The notes: a model not told the origin generated them from the letters alone. Positions 1-12,240 are shown, counted from the first letter of the stretch. The stretch is DNA of 64,000 nucleotides from Camelus dromedarius (GCF_036321535.1 NC_087437.1:9550001-9614000); one strand, 5' to 3'. Numbers and translations are program-made.

Positions 1-594
1 GTTTGTGATAAAAAGGGAATGCACTGGATAAAAGTTACAAATTCTCTGAGCATCAATTACATCACCTTTGATCTGACCTGTTTGCCTTTCCTTTCTGAGT
101 CCTTGCTGCTCTGATTCCAGCAAAGGGACTGGAAAAAATTTCTTAATCCTTATGAATCCTAGTTTCACTATTTTTCAGTAATGGATAAAATACATACTTT
201 TGAAGATCAAACAAGCTAATACATTTAAAGGGCTTAACACAGCCTTTGGCACATCCAGAATGTTCATTGAATGACTGTTATAAATACTAGTAAAATAATC
301 CAATACAATTATCCATTTCCTAAAGGACTCCGCAGGTTTATTATTATCGCTATGACTCTCAAATTAGTCTTTTGGCTGTGGGCGTGTCTGAAGGTAATTA
401 CAAAGATTTCCATTCTATTATTTATTCTCTTCTGTCCCCTTGTTTAACTCTGTTCCTTCTATCTTCTTCCTAACAAGCTTGGTATCCAAGCCTAAAAAAT
501 GTCCTCGTAGCACATCATTCTTTATTATGCCAATAACACAGAAATGTAGGTCAAGTAAATATAAGTGCTGTGTGAAATGAAACCTTCAGAGTTA

Positions 595-865
595 ATAGCG
601 CTGCTGACCGTTTGTGTGATTACAACAGCCCGGAAGTGCCGGCCTGCCTTTGCAAACAACGCTTGTCTCCTCTTTTGCAGCAAATACTCTGCGGAGATGC
701 GAGGAGGCCATTTATTTATTTTCAGAAAAGCCCGCCACTTGCTATATATACTTTCATTTTTGGTAAAACGCGGTTATTTTTCTTCACATCATTACTTATA
801 AAATTAGCCTGCGCTAGAACTACAGGTGGTTAGAGCACTCGCTACACATTATGGGCTTCCGGGGC
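595..865. promoter_or_regulatory. Candidate enhancer / conserved non-coding element
   Basis: 13 CpGs in about 265 bp of non-repeat DNA; perfect ETS/GABP site CCGGAAGTG at 630-638. Confidence 0.4.
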
Positions 866-1086
866 CCTTAAGAAACACCCTGAATCTGCCACACAAACTT
901 ATAAATGGATGGGATCAATACACAGTGAAACCTCAAAAACTCATTCCATGCCAGTTTAGAATTTGTGATTTATTGGACATAGGTCTGACTGATTTGCTTT
1001 TTGCATTATCTATGGAAGGAAAAAAAAAAACTTTGCTAAGCAATTTAACAAGGTCATTTGCCTTTCTTAAAGAATATATTATTATT

Positions 1087-1236
1087 GGGGGTAAGATATA
1101 GCTCAGTGGTAGAGTGCATGCCTAGCATGCACAAGGTCCTGGGTTCAATCCCCAGGATCTCTGTTTAAAAAAAATAAACAAATAAATAAACCTAAAATTA
1201 ACCTCCCATTAAAATTTTTTTAAAAATTAAAAAAAT
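1087..1236 (+). mobile_element. tRNA-derived SINE (camelid Vic-1-like)
   Basis: GGGGG..TAGCTCAGTGGTAGAG (Pol III A box), GGTTCAATCCC (B box), followed by an A-rich tail rather than a tRNA 3' acceptor stem; paralogous to 49315 and 54382. Confidence 0.85.
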
Positions 1237-1993
1237 ATATGTTCTTATTAAGGTATTTTAATGCACCCAAGAGGATACTGTGTGATACACACCAACATTA
1301 CATACATTAAAGCAGATTCTGCAAATCTTCCTTGACAATATGGTTAATTTACATTCTTGACTATTACAAAATAAAGTTTTAGAAATCACTCAATGTTTTA
1401 TTGAGAACTTGCTAAGGTAGGGTAGGGAGCTGGACACCTCTGGGTACACTGTTAAATTAGAAGTTTACAGCTTGAGGAAATTTGTGGATGAACTTGAGCT
1501 TTTACCTACATGGACTGAATTTCTTTCCCTTTAAAATTACTTTGCTCAGTGCCAAGGCAGCTGAAGTTCAAATACTGCATAATTGGTCTTGTCATTTTAT
1601 TCAAATGTGTACACTCTACTACTTCAACACCGCCAAGAGATTTTTAAGTGTAAATATAAATATTTCATTTGCAGCTTAGAGCTTTCATTTATCCTGTTTG
1701 AGCTACGAGATGTATGACACTGCAAAGGACATTCACGAAGTGCACATCATTGGGCTTCAAATGATTGAACCTTCGTTTGGGAAGTGATACTAGATTGCAT
1801 TGTCATTTATGATTCTAAATACAAAATGTTGGTAGACTTTAATATGTATCTATTTATAATATTATGTATACATAAAAATATGCACATTGGTAATCTTAAA
1901 ATAGTAGCAATATAGAAAATTGTTTTATTTTTATTTTATAATCTGGAATTAAAAAAATAAAAACTGCTAGGCTTCCTGAGTGCATCACTCTGC

Positions 1994-2159
1994 ATCTGGT
2001 TCTTTAACTGGAGCTGGCATCACACTCCACTGCAAGGAGGCTTGTTGAATGTTTTTGATTCAGGTGGCCTGACATGGAACCCAAGATGCTACATTTCTAA
2101 CACATCCCACAGCTGAAGCACTGCTGCTGGTCCTGGCAACCACACTTTGAGATCCACTG
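1994..2159 (+). mobile_element. MER5A-like hAT-Charlie MITE
   Basis: CATTTCTAA..GCTGCTGGTCC..ACCACACTTTGAGATCCACTG end matches recalled MER5A consensus. Confidence 0.75.
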
Positions 2160-2379
2160 CTCGAGATTACCTCATTTTTATTTGGAGCACACAGTAGCTA
2201 GATGCTCCCTTTTTGATTCTTATTTTTCCCCATTGTAGCAAAGATTTATAGAATTTGGCACTATGCTTTTATTATCGTATTCTTTAAATCAATTATTAGA
2301 ATCATCTGTGTATTTTTAAAAATATATGAATTCTGGACCTCACATCTTTAGGTATGAGGTAGGGCTAGGAATTCTACAT

Positions 2380-2548
2380 CAGTGGTTCTAAAACTTGGCT
2401 GCTTATTAGAAACAACTGGGGAGCTATTAAAAGTCCCGACACCTAGGCTGTAGCCTGTGCCAACTCAGTCAGAATGTCTGGGGGTAGGACTCAGGTCTCG
2501 CTGGATCTCCAGGTGATTCCAGGGTGCAGCCAAAGTTGAGACCAAGCA
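2380..2548 (+). mobile_element. MER5B-like MITE, next to a further MER5 fragment (about 2280-2379)
   Basis: CAGTGGTTCTAAAACTTGGCTGC...CCAGGTGATTCC..GTGCAGCCAAAGTTGAGA. Confidence 0.75.
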
Positions 2549-2618
2549 TCATGCTTCAGAGATGCTGTGTTAGGGTCTGTATCAACAGATGTTCTTAGAC
2601 AGTTCTGAGAGCTTAGAA

Positions 2619-2810
2619 CAGAGCTGGCCAGTAGAACTTTCTGAGTCAATAGAACTTTTCTGTATCTGCTCTGTTCAATACAGTAATCACTAGCCACATG
2701 TGGCTTTAAAGTTTAGCTAGTGCACTGAACTTTAAATTTTGTTTAATTAATTTAAATTTAAATTTAAAGCAGCCACATGTGGCTAGTGGCCACCATATTG
2801 AACAACATAG
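2619..2810 (+). mobile_element. MER3-like hAT-Charlie MITE
   Basis: TAGAACTTTCTG start, internal inverted CACTAGCCACATGTGGCT / AGCCACATGTGGCTAGTGG and AT-rich core. Confidence 0.85.
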
Positions 2811-3057
2811 CCTTAAACAATAAGCTTAATCTAGCACAAAACTGGACGGCAGTGAGCAGTAGGAAATAGTTCCTAAACTTCTGGTCTTACATATATGTTC
2901 TAAGCTTCTAATATAGATACACATATTGTATATATATATGGTATATATATATATAATTTATATATATTTACATATAAATGATTCTTGAAGATTTACTATG
3001 TGCTAGACTCAGTGTTAAGGAATGAACATACATTATTTCACTAGATTCTCATGATAA

Positions 3058-3277
3058 GCAGTTGGTCATTTTTTTTCTATAGAGCCAGAGAGAATTTTAA
3101 ACTTTTGAGATTTCAAGTCATGCAGTCTCTGTTGCAGATTTTCAACTCTGTTGCCAAAATGAAAGCAAACACCGACAACTGATAAAGAAGTGAGTGTGGC
3201 TGGGCACCAATAAACTTTATTTATAAAATGGGCAGCTGATGAGATCTGGCCCATGGGGCATAACTGGTAGACCCCTG
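3058..3277 (+). mobile_element. MER58A-like MITE inserted next to a MIR fragment
   Basis: CCAATAAACTTTATTTATAAAA..GATCTGGCCCATGGG..ACCCCTG terminal sequence. Confidence 0.8.
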
Positions 3278-3694
3278 TTCAGAATAATTCTGTAAATTTA
3301 TAGGTTTAGAAATAATAGCAGAAAGTGAGGGCATAGCCACTCCAGCCAGAGTCTTATTTCTCCTTCACACATTTACTGCAACTTTCCCCTCCCTAACTCT
3401 GATTATCATCTGACTAGAACCAAAAGAGGCAACTTCTTGGCATGAATTATCCATAATAAGGAACTTCTTCCTACACATTTCTTCCTGGTTATCTGCTCAA
3501 AGACAGACGTCCTCATACTATTGTTAAGCCCACTATTGTAATGTTCTTATAAGCTGGAACTTTATGGCACAATTCTTGGTTCCAGCTACTGGACAGATGG
3601 GAGAGTTATTACACAGCAGTTAAACGTTTATATGAGTGTATGTATATTATTGTTAAATAAGCAGTAAGATGCTCATCTTTCATGTATGCAGATT

Positions 3695-3990
3695 AATTCA
3701 TCTAACAGTAATTAAATGCCTATTATGTTCAAGGTACAATGCTGGGTACCATTGTGGGATTCAGGTAAATATAGCATGATTCTTCCCAGAGCACTTAGAG
3801 TTTGTGTAGGGAGATGCAATGTTCATAAATTACTGCAAGTTGACTTAAGAGAGGTGGAGGCTAAGTATTTTAGAGATGCTAGAGATCAGTTTCACTAGAA
3901 TTCAATTCAATTCAATTCAATTCAATATGTTCACCTACTAAATGTCTACCTTGCCCAGAATTTTGCTAGGCTACTGGAAAAATAATAATA
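3695..3990 (-). mobile_element. L2 3'-end fragments
   Basis: Degenerate 'ATTCA..AAATGCCTATTATGT..AGG.AC..TGCTGGG' pattern occurring twice. Confidence 0.5.
3899..3926. repeat. (AATTC)n microsatellite
   Basis: Five perfect AATTC units visible. Confidence 0.9.
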
Positions 3991-6660
3991 ACAAAAATGA
4001 TTAGACTTTCTGCTTCTTTAGTTTAAGATATTAAGTCGGAAAAGCATGAATACATGAGTGCACTCTTCAAACAACTGAAAGATATTCCAAGGGCCTAGTT
4101 TCAAAAGTACCCTCTACCCTATATGACATAGCTAGTCAAGGGAATCAAACATAAGGAAGAAAACTGCAAAAGGTAATTAGCCCATGAAGACTCACACCCT
4201 ATGGAAGGACCAATCTACGGGGCTAAAAAGTTTGTCTTTACACAGGAAGCCATGTCATAATTTATTATCATGTGGATATCCTGGTTTACAATAAAAAAGA
4301 GTTCTAGGTCAGAGAGATGTATTGTCACCCAGCAATCAACAGGGTCAAAGACCTTCAAGTCTTCACATTGTATTAACTAAAATAAACAATGTCAAATAAA
4401 CAGTCAACACAGATATCTTAGGACTTTCATGGAAGAGTTGTAGGATGCATATGGTGAAGGCTTTTGTGGTAACTGTGAAGAGATGAAGAATGGTGAAGTC
4501 TTCAGTAAGTGATTATTTGATTATTACTGAGACATAAGACAATTTGGTATATAGCTGCTCTAAAGCACATAGACCTCAGTACAGCAGAAACAAACCACGA
4601 ACAGGAATGGAACAATAACAACAATTAGAAATCCATTGCATCGACACTAATTTATCATCCACATTAACAAAAAGTGGCCTTCAGTATATTTTTGTTATCT
4701 TGGTATATTAACAATATATTTTTTTCTTGTTTCTCTTTCTCATCCTCATTTTTCTTCTTCTTCCCAATCCTTTTACATGAGCCATGATGCCATTTTCAGG
4801 AATTACTTGTTAACCGTATTAGACATTTTTTTTCTTTGCCATTTAAGTTAATTCTAAATATACTGGCATTAATCTAAAATGTATATTTAAGATATCACAG
4901 TGAAGTAAGGCACATTATTTCACACATGTAAATCTAATGGCAAGTAAAATTATTTTCTCAGCATCTAAACAGGTTGGTAGAAAATGGTATAATTTACCTG
5001 AATAGAGCATAGTGTCCTTAATTACAATAATATTTTCTTTAACTGCATTCTGATTTCACTGTGTACATGTTATCCATCTGTTACATGGGCGCTTGAAGCA
5101 AATTATGCCTTCCTGAACAAAACTTTATTTTCAGAGGTGAAATTTTAGGCTCTCTCACATTCTGCAGATTGCCTAAAGCATGAAACATTAAAATGCCACA
5201 ACAACAGCTCGCAAGAATTACGAAAAAAACAAGATTCACTTTATCTCTGTTTCAATTGGAATTTATTATTATTTTTTAATTTAAAGTGCCTGTTTTCCCT
5301 CCTGCAAAAGTTGTGGGCTGCATAATAATGCTTTGAGGGACCCAGAAATAACATTATGTGCTCATTAGCACGTAGATTAAGCCAACAGAAAGAGATTATT
5401 GTCTCGCTTGAAGACTATCATCCCAGTGCTAATGGGTGGGTGTATTTTGACAGAGCAGAGGTGCAGTGTCAAATGGTGTAACATTCTATAACACCAGGAT
5501 GAGACTCAAAACCTTCTTCAGAAGCAGGATGCACACATTCTATTGCCAGCTTCCCTAACACATAGTCATCAACTTATGTTTATTATTCTTATTATAGTTA
5601 TTGTTATTAAGTATAATGCCCATAGAATCTACCACTAACCAAGTCAATTATCTCTTCAACAGGTGACATCCCCACCTCCCACAAAGATGTCTTTCCTAAA
5701 GTGGGAATATAGATTACATTCAGAGGGCAACCCTGATGTTGTCAGGTTTGAAGGTCAGCAAAATCCACTAAATTGAATAAGCACCATTAAACTGTATTCT
5801 GAGGGATTAAAAATGAATAATTGACAAGCTAAATACAGGCTTAAGAAGTATTACACATTCTTATTGATGCAGTTCAGATGCACTCTTAAGTGAAAACGAT
5901 TGTATAATATTCTTATCTTTTAATGTTCTATAGGAAGAAAAATAAATATTTTATGCATTGTAGTGAAATTTGTTAATTTTGAGTGCAGATTAGATTCTTA
6001 TACCATAAAACAGAAAATTAAGCTTAGAACCAATCTAAGATATTATTTAAATAAATCTCCTGTCAGAGCAGTTTTAAAAGCAGTTTAATAAAGTAGTTGT
6101 AGGTTTCTTAAAAAAAGGATGGCAACTTAGCATTAGGGAAAATGTCTCTTTAACTTAGATGAAAACAGATAAGCTCAAAACTGATAGGAGAAGGTTTGTG
6201 AGTAAAGATGATAAAACAAAGACACTGTGCTTCTATATACTGTTGTGAAATTAAAACAAAATCTCTCAAATGTACAGAATACACATTCCCAGTTTTAAAT
6301 TTGAACAGTCAATCCAAAAACATCCACTAAATAATCTACAGCTACAAATTTAAAGAACATTTCAGTGGTGGAGTGATAAATATTTTAGAAATTATTACCC
6401 CCCTCCCCCGCAATGGAAGTTTATATTCTTCTTGACCAAGGTCACAATTTTTAACAAGCATGGCTAAGCACTTTGACCCTTCTCATCAGCTATAAATTAC
6501 AATGTCTATGCATGCAGAGCAGAATATAAAGAGACAGAGTAATTCCTCCCTGAGATTTCTTTTTATTTAAATGTTAGCCTTCAAGTAAAGGGCAAACTCT
6601 ATCTGGTTTCATCATGGTCACAGTAAGACTGGATTCAAGCTATGCTGTCTGCCTTTCTAT

Positions 6661-6720
6661 CCAGTAAATAAATCAATTTACCATTGAGTAAATCAATTTA
6701 CCATTAAATAAATCAATTCT
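6661..6720. repeat. 3 x 20-bp tandem repeat
   Basis: CCAGTAAATAAATCAATTTA / CCATTGAGTAAATCAATTTA / CCATTAAATAAATCAATTCT. Confidence 0.9.
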
Positions 6721-6919
6721 TCCTGCTGGCACGGCTAAAAAAAACAAAACTACAAAGTGTACATATGTATGCTTCTTGTGAAAAGTAGCACTATTATAAA
6801 CCTGATGTCTGACTTTAAAACTTGCAATGTGGGGTTCATATTTACAATCAATGATCTCTTTTTCTGTGGTATCTTATTTTGTAGAGAATCATGTGTCTCG
6901 CAAGCCTTGTGTTCAATGT

Positions 6920-7090
6920 AGTCTTACTGGTTTCAGACTATAGAATCACCTGGAACACCTACAAAAAAACACCCAGACTCTTGGACCACACCTCTAGAAA
7001 TTCTGATTTAACAGGTAGGTCTGTATTTCTAGCAAGTTCACAAGTGGTACTGCCGCTTCTGTTCTGTAGAATACACTTTGAGAAACAGCT
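6920..7090 (+). mobile_element. MER5A-like MITE
   Basis: AGAATCACCTGG..TTCTGATT..TATTTCTAGCAAGTTC..CACTTTGAGAA. Confidence 0.7.
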
Positions 7091-7484
7091 AGAGGATGTG
7101 TGTCTATCTGGAGGTTGACTGCGTATTTCTTTGAAGGTATATAGTATTTTCTCATTGAACAGTCCAAAGGGCTTCCCAAATAAATTTCATTCACATGATG
7201 GAGGTTCCATTTAAGTTCAGGTTGTTTCAAATGAACTCTTCTAATTTGATGAAATGCTGGTTGTCGTCATTGGACGTGCTAACGAAATGGCAGACAGTAT
7301 TAATAAACTAACTAAAATCTCTTTTCCATAATGTGTATAATGATTTGGTTAATATACAATATTGAGAAATTTTTAAAAAGAAATATGGAAGCTTAAACAT
7401 TATTAATGGATGAGTAATTATACCCAAAATCTTCACATCAAGAGTTACAATTCAACTACATGTAGAAAGAACTTAAAAGACTGA

Positions 7485-7860
7485 CATCTGGCATCAGCCC
7501 CAACAGGTAATCATTGCGAACCTGACGACATGAAAAAAAAAAATAGCTGAGCAAACTGAAATTCAATGACTCTCCTTAGATCCACTTCAGAACTGAAATT
7601 ACAGGACAAACTGCCACCCTCAAATCTAGAGAGACAGGTAAACACAGAGAATCACACCTGAGGTCAGCTTACCTGAAGGGGAAGCCCCTGAAGCCAGCAA
7701 CTGACAAGAATGTTTACATGGCAATTTTGATGACTTACTGGAGGCTGAGAGTGGATGAGTTAGAAAGTTAAAGAGTTTTGAAGGCTGAGTTTTAAGAGGG
7801 AGTTCCCATACTCTCATGAGTTTTCCCTCTAAGAATTTCATCAGGTTCTTCAAAACGAAG
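7485..7860 (+). mobile_element. Ancient L1 5'-UTR fragment (L1MC/L1MD 5'-end-like)
   Basis: GCTGAGCAAACTGAAATTCAATGAC..GGACAAACTGCCACCC..AGAGAATCACA..GCTTACCTG..GGAGGCTGAGAGTGGA resembles recalled L1M 5'-end consensus. Confidence 0.6.
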
Positions 7861-8225
7861 ATTGGAGAAAAATCTACTCTTGTGTTGGGCAGACGGAGGT
7901 GAAAAGTAACACTTTTGAAATATACCTAGGGCATCACACAATTTATTCTCATTCCCTCTTTTTAAGTTTATCTGTATTTGTATCAAATGGATCTTGATAA
8001 CTTCAAATATATTTTGGAATGAAAAAAGCACGTATGTTTAGGTAGACAGCTAGATGATCAAAAGATAATGCTGTGGTTTCTGGACACAGAAATATGTGCA
8101 TATATGTGTTCATGAAACACATGTGTGATTAAGCAATTTACATGTGTTGCAGCACTCAAAATCGCAGTGAGCCCATGAGGTGTATGTTCTGTTTCATTGT
8201 TTTGTTGGTGTATATTCTTGTATTT

Positions 8226-8936
8226 CTTTTTTTTTAATTGAAGTATAGTTCATTTACAATGTTGTGTTTGTTTCAAGTATACAGCAGTGATTCAGTTGTA
8301 CATAAGCATATATATATTATTTTTCAGATTCTTTTCCATTATAGGTTATTAAAGATATTGAATATGCTATACAGTAGGTCCTTGTTGTTTATACCTACTT
8401 TATATAAGGTACTGTGTATAATCCCAAACTCCTACTTTATCCCTCCCCGCCCTTTCCCCTTTGGTAATCATAAGTTTCTTTTCTATGTCTGTGAGTCTAT
8501 TTCTGGTTTGTAAATAAGTTCATTTGTATCATTTTGTTTTGGATTCCACATATAAGTGATATCATATGATATTTGTATGCCTGACTTACTTCACTTAGTA
8601 TGACAATCTCTAGGTCCATCCATGATGCTGCAACTGGCATTATTTCATTCCTTTTTTATGGCTGAGTAGTATTCCATAGTATATGTATGAGATATAATGT
8701 GTGTGTGTATATATATATATACACACATACATATCACAACTTATTTATCCACTTATCTGTTGATGGACATTTAGGTTGCTTCCATGTCTCAACTATTGTA
8801 AATAGTGCTGCTATGCACATTAGGGTGTGTGTATCTTTTTGAATTAGAGTTTTCTCTGGATACATGCCCAGGAGTGGGATTGCTTATGGAGAACACTATG
8901 GAATTTCCTTTAAAAAAATCCTAAAGATAGAGATAC
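8226..8936 (-). mobile_element. 5'-truncated L1 3' end with short 5' inversion
   Basis: Poly-T then L1 3'UTR/ORF2 end on minus strand to 8884; 8885-8936 is L1 sequence in the opposite orientation. Confidence 0.9.
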
Positions 8937-9590
8937 ACATTTTTTAAGTTAGTTTACTGATAAACTAATCTCCTACAGTTGAATGATCCAAAGGCATACA
9001 GCTAGCAAGTGGCAGAGCCATGGTATCATCTCAACTCTTTGCTTTTTCTCACATATATCATACTGATCCATGTATTTCTACTTATGACTATGTTTTCATG
9101 GTTTCGTAACCTTTCATTTTCCCATCCTCATCCTCCCAACAGATCTCAGATCTCTTTCTTCACTGTATGTTTTGCATCCTTTTAGATCATCCCTTCTGGA
9201 TCCCACTTCAGTCACTCCAGTTTAGACTCTTTTCACCTCATCTCTTAAATATTAATTAGTATTCCTGCTTCGAGGTATCCCTTCTGAAGTTGTCAAATAT
9301 AGCATCTCTAAGTACCACTTTAAGCCTGTCACTCACCTGTTAAAACCCCCATATCCTTCAAGAGATCACTCTCCAATCTTACTTTCTGAAGGCATTTGAT
9401 CTTCTCCACTGTGAAATGGTCTTCATGCCACCATGTGATTCTAACCTCACCTTTCTCAGGCTTCCTCATACCTGTACCATCCTCTTGCACCCCCCTCAAC
9501 CAGCTCAGATCTGGTCTAGCCTTTGAAACCCAATGATGGGCCCACTGTATCAGCAGCAGTGTCATCATAATTGTTGTATCATCATGTGGT

Positions 9591-9654
9591 CATCATCATC
9601 ATCACCATCATCACCATCATCACCACCACCATCATCACCACCACCACCATCATC
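9591..9654. repeat. (CAT/CAC)n trinucleotide microsatellite
   Basis: About 21 mixed CAT/CAC triplets. Confidence 0.9.
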
Positions 9655-10334
9655 CAAGTCCTATTTGTATAGACACTAATAGCATTACTACTCAAAAAGT
9701 AAACCCTTGGAGACCCAAGCCAGCTAGCTAATAGTTTCCTACTGCTCTACAACAAGACAAGAACTGAAACCTAAAGAAAGAACTTAAAATCTTGACATCC
9801 CTTTAACATTCCTGTGATATGGAAATTCGAAGACTTAAAAGTATCCATTCTCAATGGATTAAAATTAAAAACTAAGAAAAAAAATCAAATCCTTCATCAT
9901 AGATGGTTTGAGAACTGTTGCTTTATGGTCTTTCAAACATTTTCACACATAATATAGCATTCAGTTTATGCTGAGATATCAAGAATACCATTTTCATCTT
10001 ATAAATGGGAAAAAAGCAAAAAACTTAGGGGCAGAAAATGTATGTGATTTGCCGAAACACGTATCTTGTGAGTGGTAAGAAGTTTTTATTCCAAATCTGC
10101 TCCTTCCTCTCTGTTCTATTACATATTTCTAGAGAAACTGCACAGTGATTGTCCCTTTCTGCCTGGATGAAATGAGAGAGACAAAATAATTTACCTTGGA
10201 ACCCTGAAGAGCCACTAGCTGCCTAAATAAATTTCATCTATCAATACACGTTAATCAAGCATATGTCTTCAAGAAAATTAAAGAGTAAAATATGTATTTA
10301 TTCTTTTTACTAAGAATTACTCTTCTCATTCATT

Positions 10335-10934
10335 TTTCAGAGCAGGCAGATATTTAGATGTGAACAGAGAAAGGGAGCTACAGGTCAAACGGCAGGAAAC
10401 CATACATCTTGTAAACAATGGGGATCCTTGGGTAGAAAAAGAAAAGCAAGAACCTCTGACTGATATCATACAATTGAGAGTAACAGTGTCCCAAAGGCAG
10501 ACAAAGAAAGGTAGGAAAAGGCAGGAATATCCTTTGTCTAAATGCAACCTTTTGCTTATTATGCTCTCATTTCAATAAAATTGGCTTTGTAGATTAGAAG
10601 TACCGATCATGCACCAATGCCATGACTCTTCCGATAAAGACGAAATAGGACAATAATCCCTTCTCCCTTCAGGAAGGTGGAGTTGGGATGAAAATCAGGA
10701 AATATGACCCCAAACCCTTCCTTCCCCAAATGAATATTCCACCCATTCATTTTTACACCCCATATAACCAGCTTGCCAAAGAAACTCAAGGCAGCTACTC
10801 ACCTGAGTCTGCCCACTCTCCCCTTGAAAGAGTTCTATCTATTGCTTAGTAAATCCTCGCTTTACTTTCTTGACCTCTATGTTTTGTCTCTGAATTCTTT
10901 CTGCAATGAGATTGAAACCTAATCTCTGGCAACA
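10335..10934 (+). mobile_element. Solo LTR, family A copy 1 (ERV1-type), inserted in an L2 tail
   Basis: Starts T(T)TCAGAGCAGGCAG, ends GGCAACA, flanks CATT/CACT; collinear with 26267-26879 and 28851-29484. Confidence 0.85.
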
Positions 10935-11849
10935 CACTCATTTATCCTTTCAATTAACAAAATCTTATTACATTTATTGACCATCTACTATATCCCAGGC
11001 CTTGTGCTCAGCCAGTTATACATGAAGAACAAAATAGCTTTCTACAATGACTCACAGGTAGAAAATAACATAGGGGTTTGGAAAAGTTTTCTCATATTTC
11101 ATGTAATTTGGTGTGCCCTTTGGAATCACTGGAAACTCCTTTTTTCTATTGTCATAGTACAAAATCTTCAAAAGGATTCCATATAATGAGGGAGGAAAAT
11201 TCTGCACAATCTCACCCTGCTGCAGGCTACTAAGCTTGAGCTTCAGTCTAAATGTTCTTTCTTTTTCTTATTGCTTTCTTTAGGATTGCTAATTTTCCAA
11301 AGGATCATTGTTTACGTTATGCCTTCGCCCATTAACCAGAGGAAGGATGGAGAGCAACTGTTAACACAATTAAAGCTCAGTTTAATTTCTACAATCTATT
11401 TGCATTTGCAAGGAAGCACCCTGACTGTGGACTCCTGGAGGGATGTGCATGCCACAGAATCTGGTTTGTTCTCCTGCCCTTTGTGACCTCTACAGCAGGG
11501 AGGCCAGACTTACCCTGTGGACCACCGAAGCACTCAGATTCCATAAGTAAGGTTATCTGGGATGTTCTTTTTGCATGGGAATAAGCATTATAATAACTAC
11601 CCTGTTTCGACTCTCTGTGAGGCAGAGACTCAACTCAGCAGACACTGGACCCAAAGATCTATTGCAGCCTGAAGTTGCAAAAACACAGTGGACCAGAATT
11701 TTGATCCACTAAGAAAATCAATTCAGGAGCAGGCAGGCGCCCTCAATATCTGACCCATTCGCTGAGTCTGTGATTCTAGGGAGCACGCTGAGTCCCAAGA
11801 ACCTGTTAGATTAGAAGGATGACAGGGGTGTCACACAGACTTCGGTAGT

Positions 11850-12240
11850 TACTGAAAGCTAATTAATTTAACCCGACCTCTCCCTATAACGCTAGGACAC
11901 AATAGACCGCTAGTGATAATTGATTCTGGAGAGCCTCGGAAGTGGGTCAAGGAAAACACAGCTGTGCTGTGTAGCCGTTCTTGTTTGCTCTGGATTATAA
12001 ACTATTTTTGGTACTTAGTTAATAAAGCTGATTTTCTTAAGGGGCCTGCAGTGGAATGCATGAGCTGCTGTGTCAGATGCTGTTGGAATTGGGATTTGCA
12101 ATGGACGAACGCAAGGAAATTAACTTCACCCATGCCGCCTAATTTTTGAGAGCCGAGGCATTGCTGTGCCAGCTGTGGGGATATCCAGTGAAGGGGGTTG
12201 TAGCCTGCTTCAAGATTTCCTAAACTAAATCGACTTTTGA
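11850..12240. promoter_or_regulatory. Candidate enhancer (MEF2/TEAD/E-box cluster)
   Basis: CTATTTTTGG 12002, TGGAATG 12052, CAGCTG 11959 and 12170, about 10 CpGs, no repeat similarity seen. Confidence 0.4.

Noticed and set aside
1087..1160. tRNA-Ala-like gene (also at 49315 and 54382)
   Set aside because: A-rich tails, TSDs and imperfect stems show these are SINE copies, not tRNA genes
6661..6720. CRISPR-like repeat array (also 26468-26575)
   Set aside because: Head-to-tail tandem units with no unique spacers, mammalian context, no cas genes
9591..9654. Poly-histidine coding exon
   Set aside because: No surrounding ORF or splice context; simple CAT/CAC microsatellite
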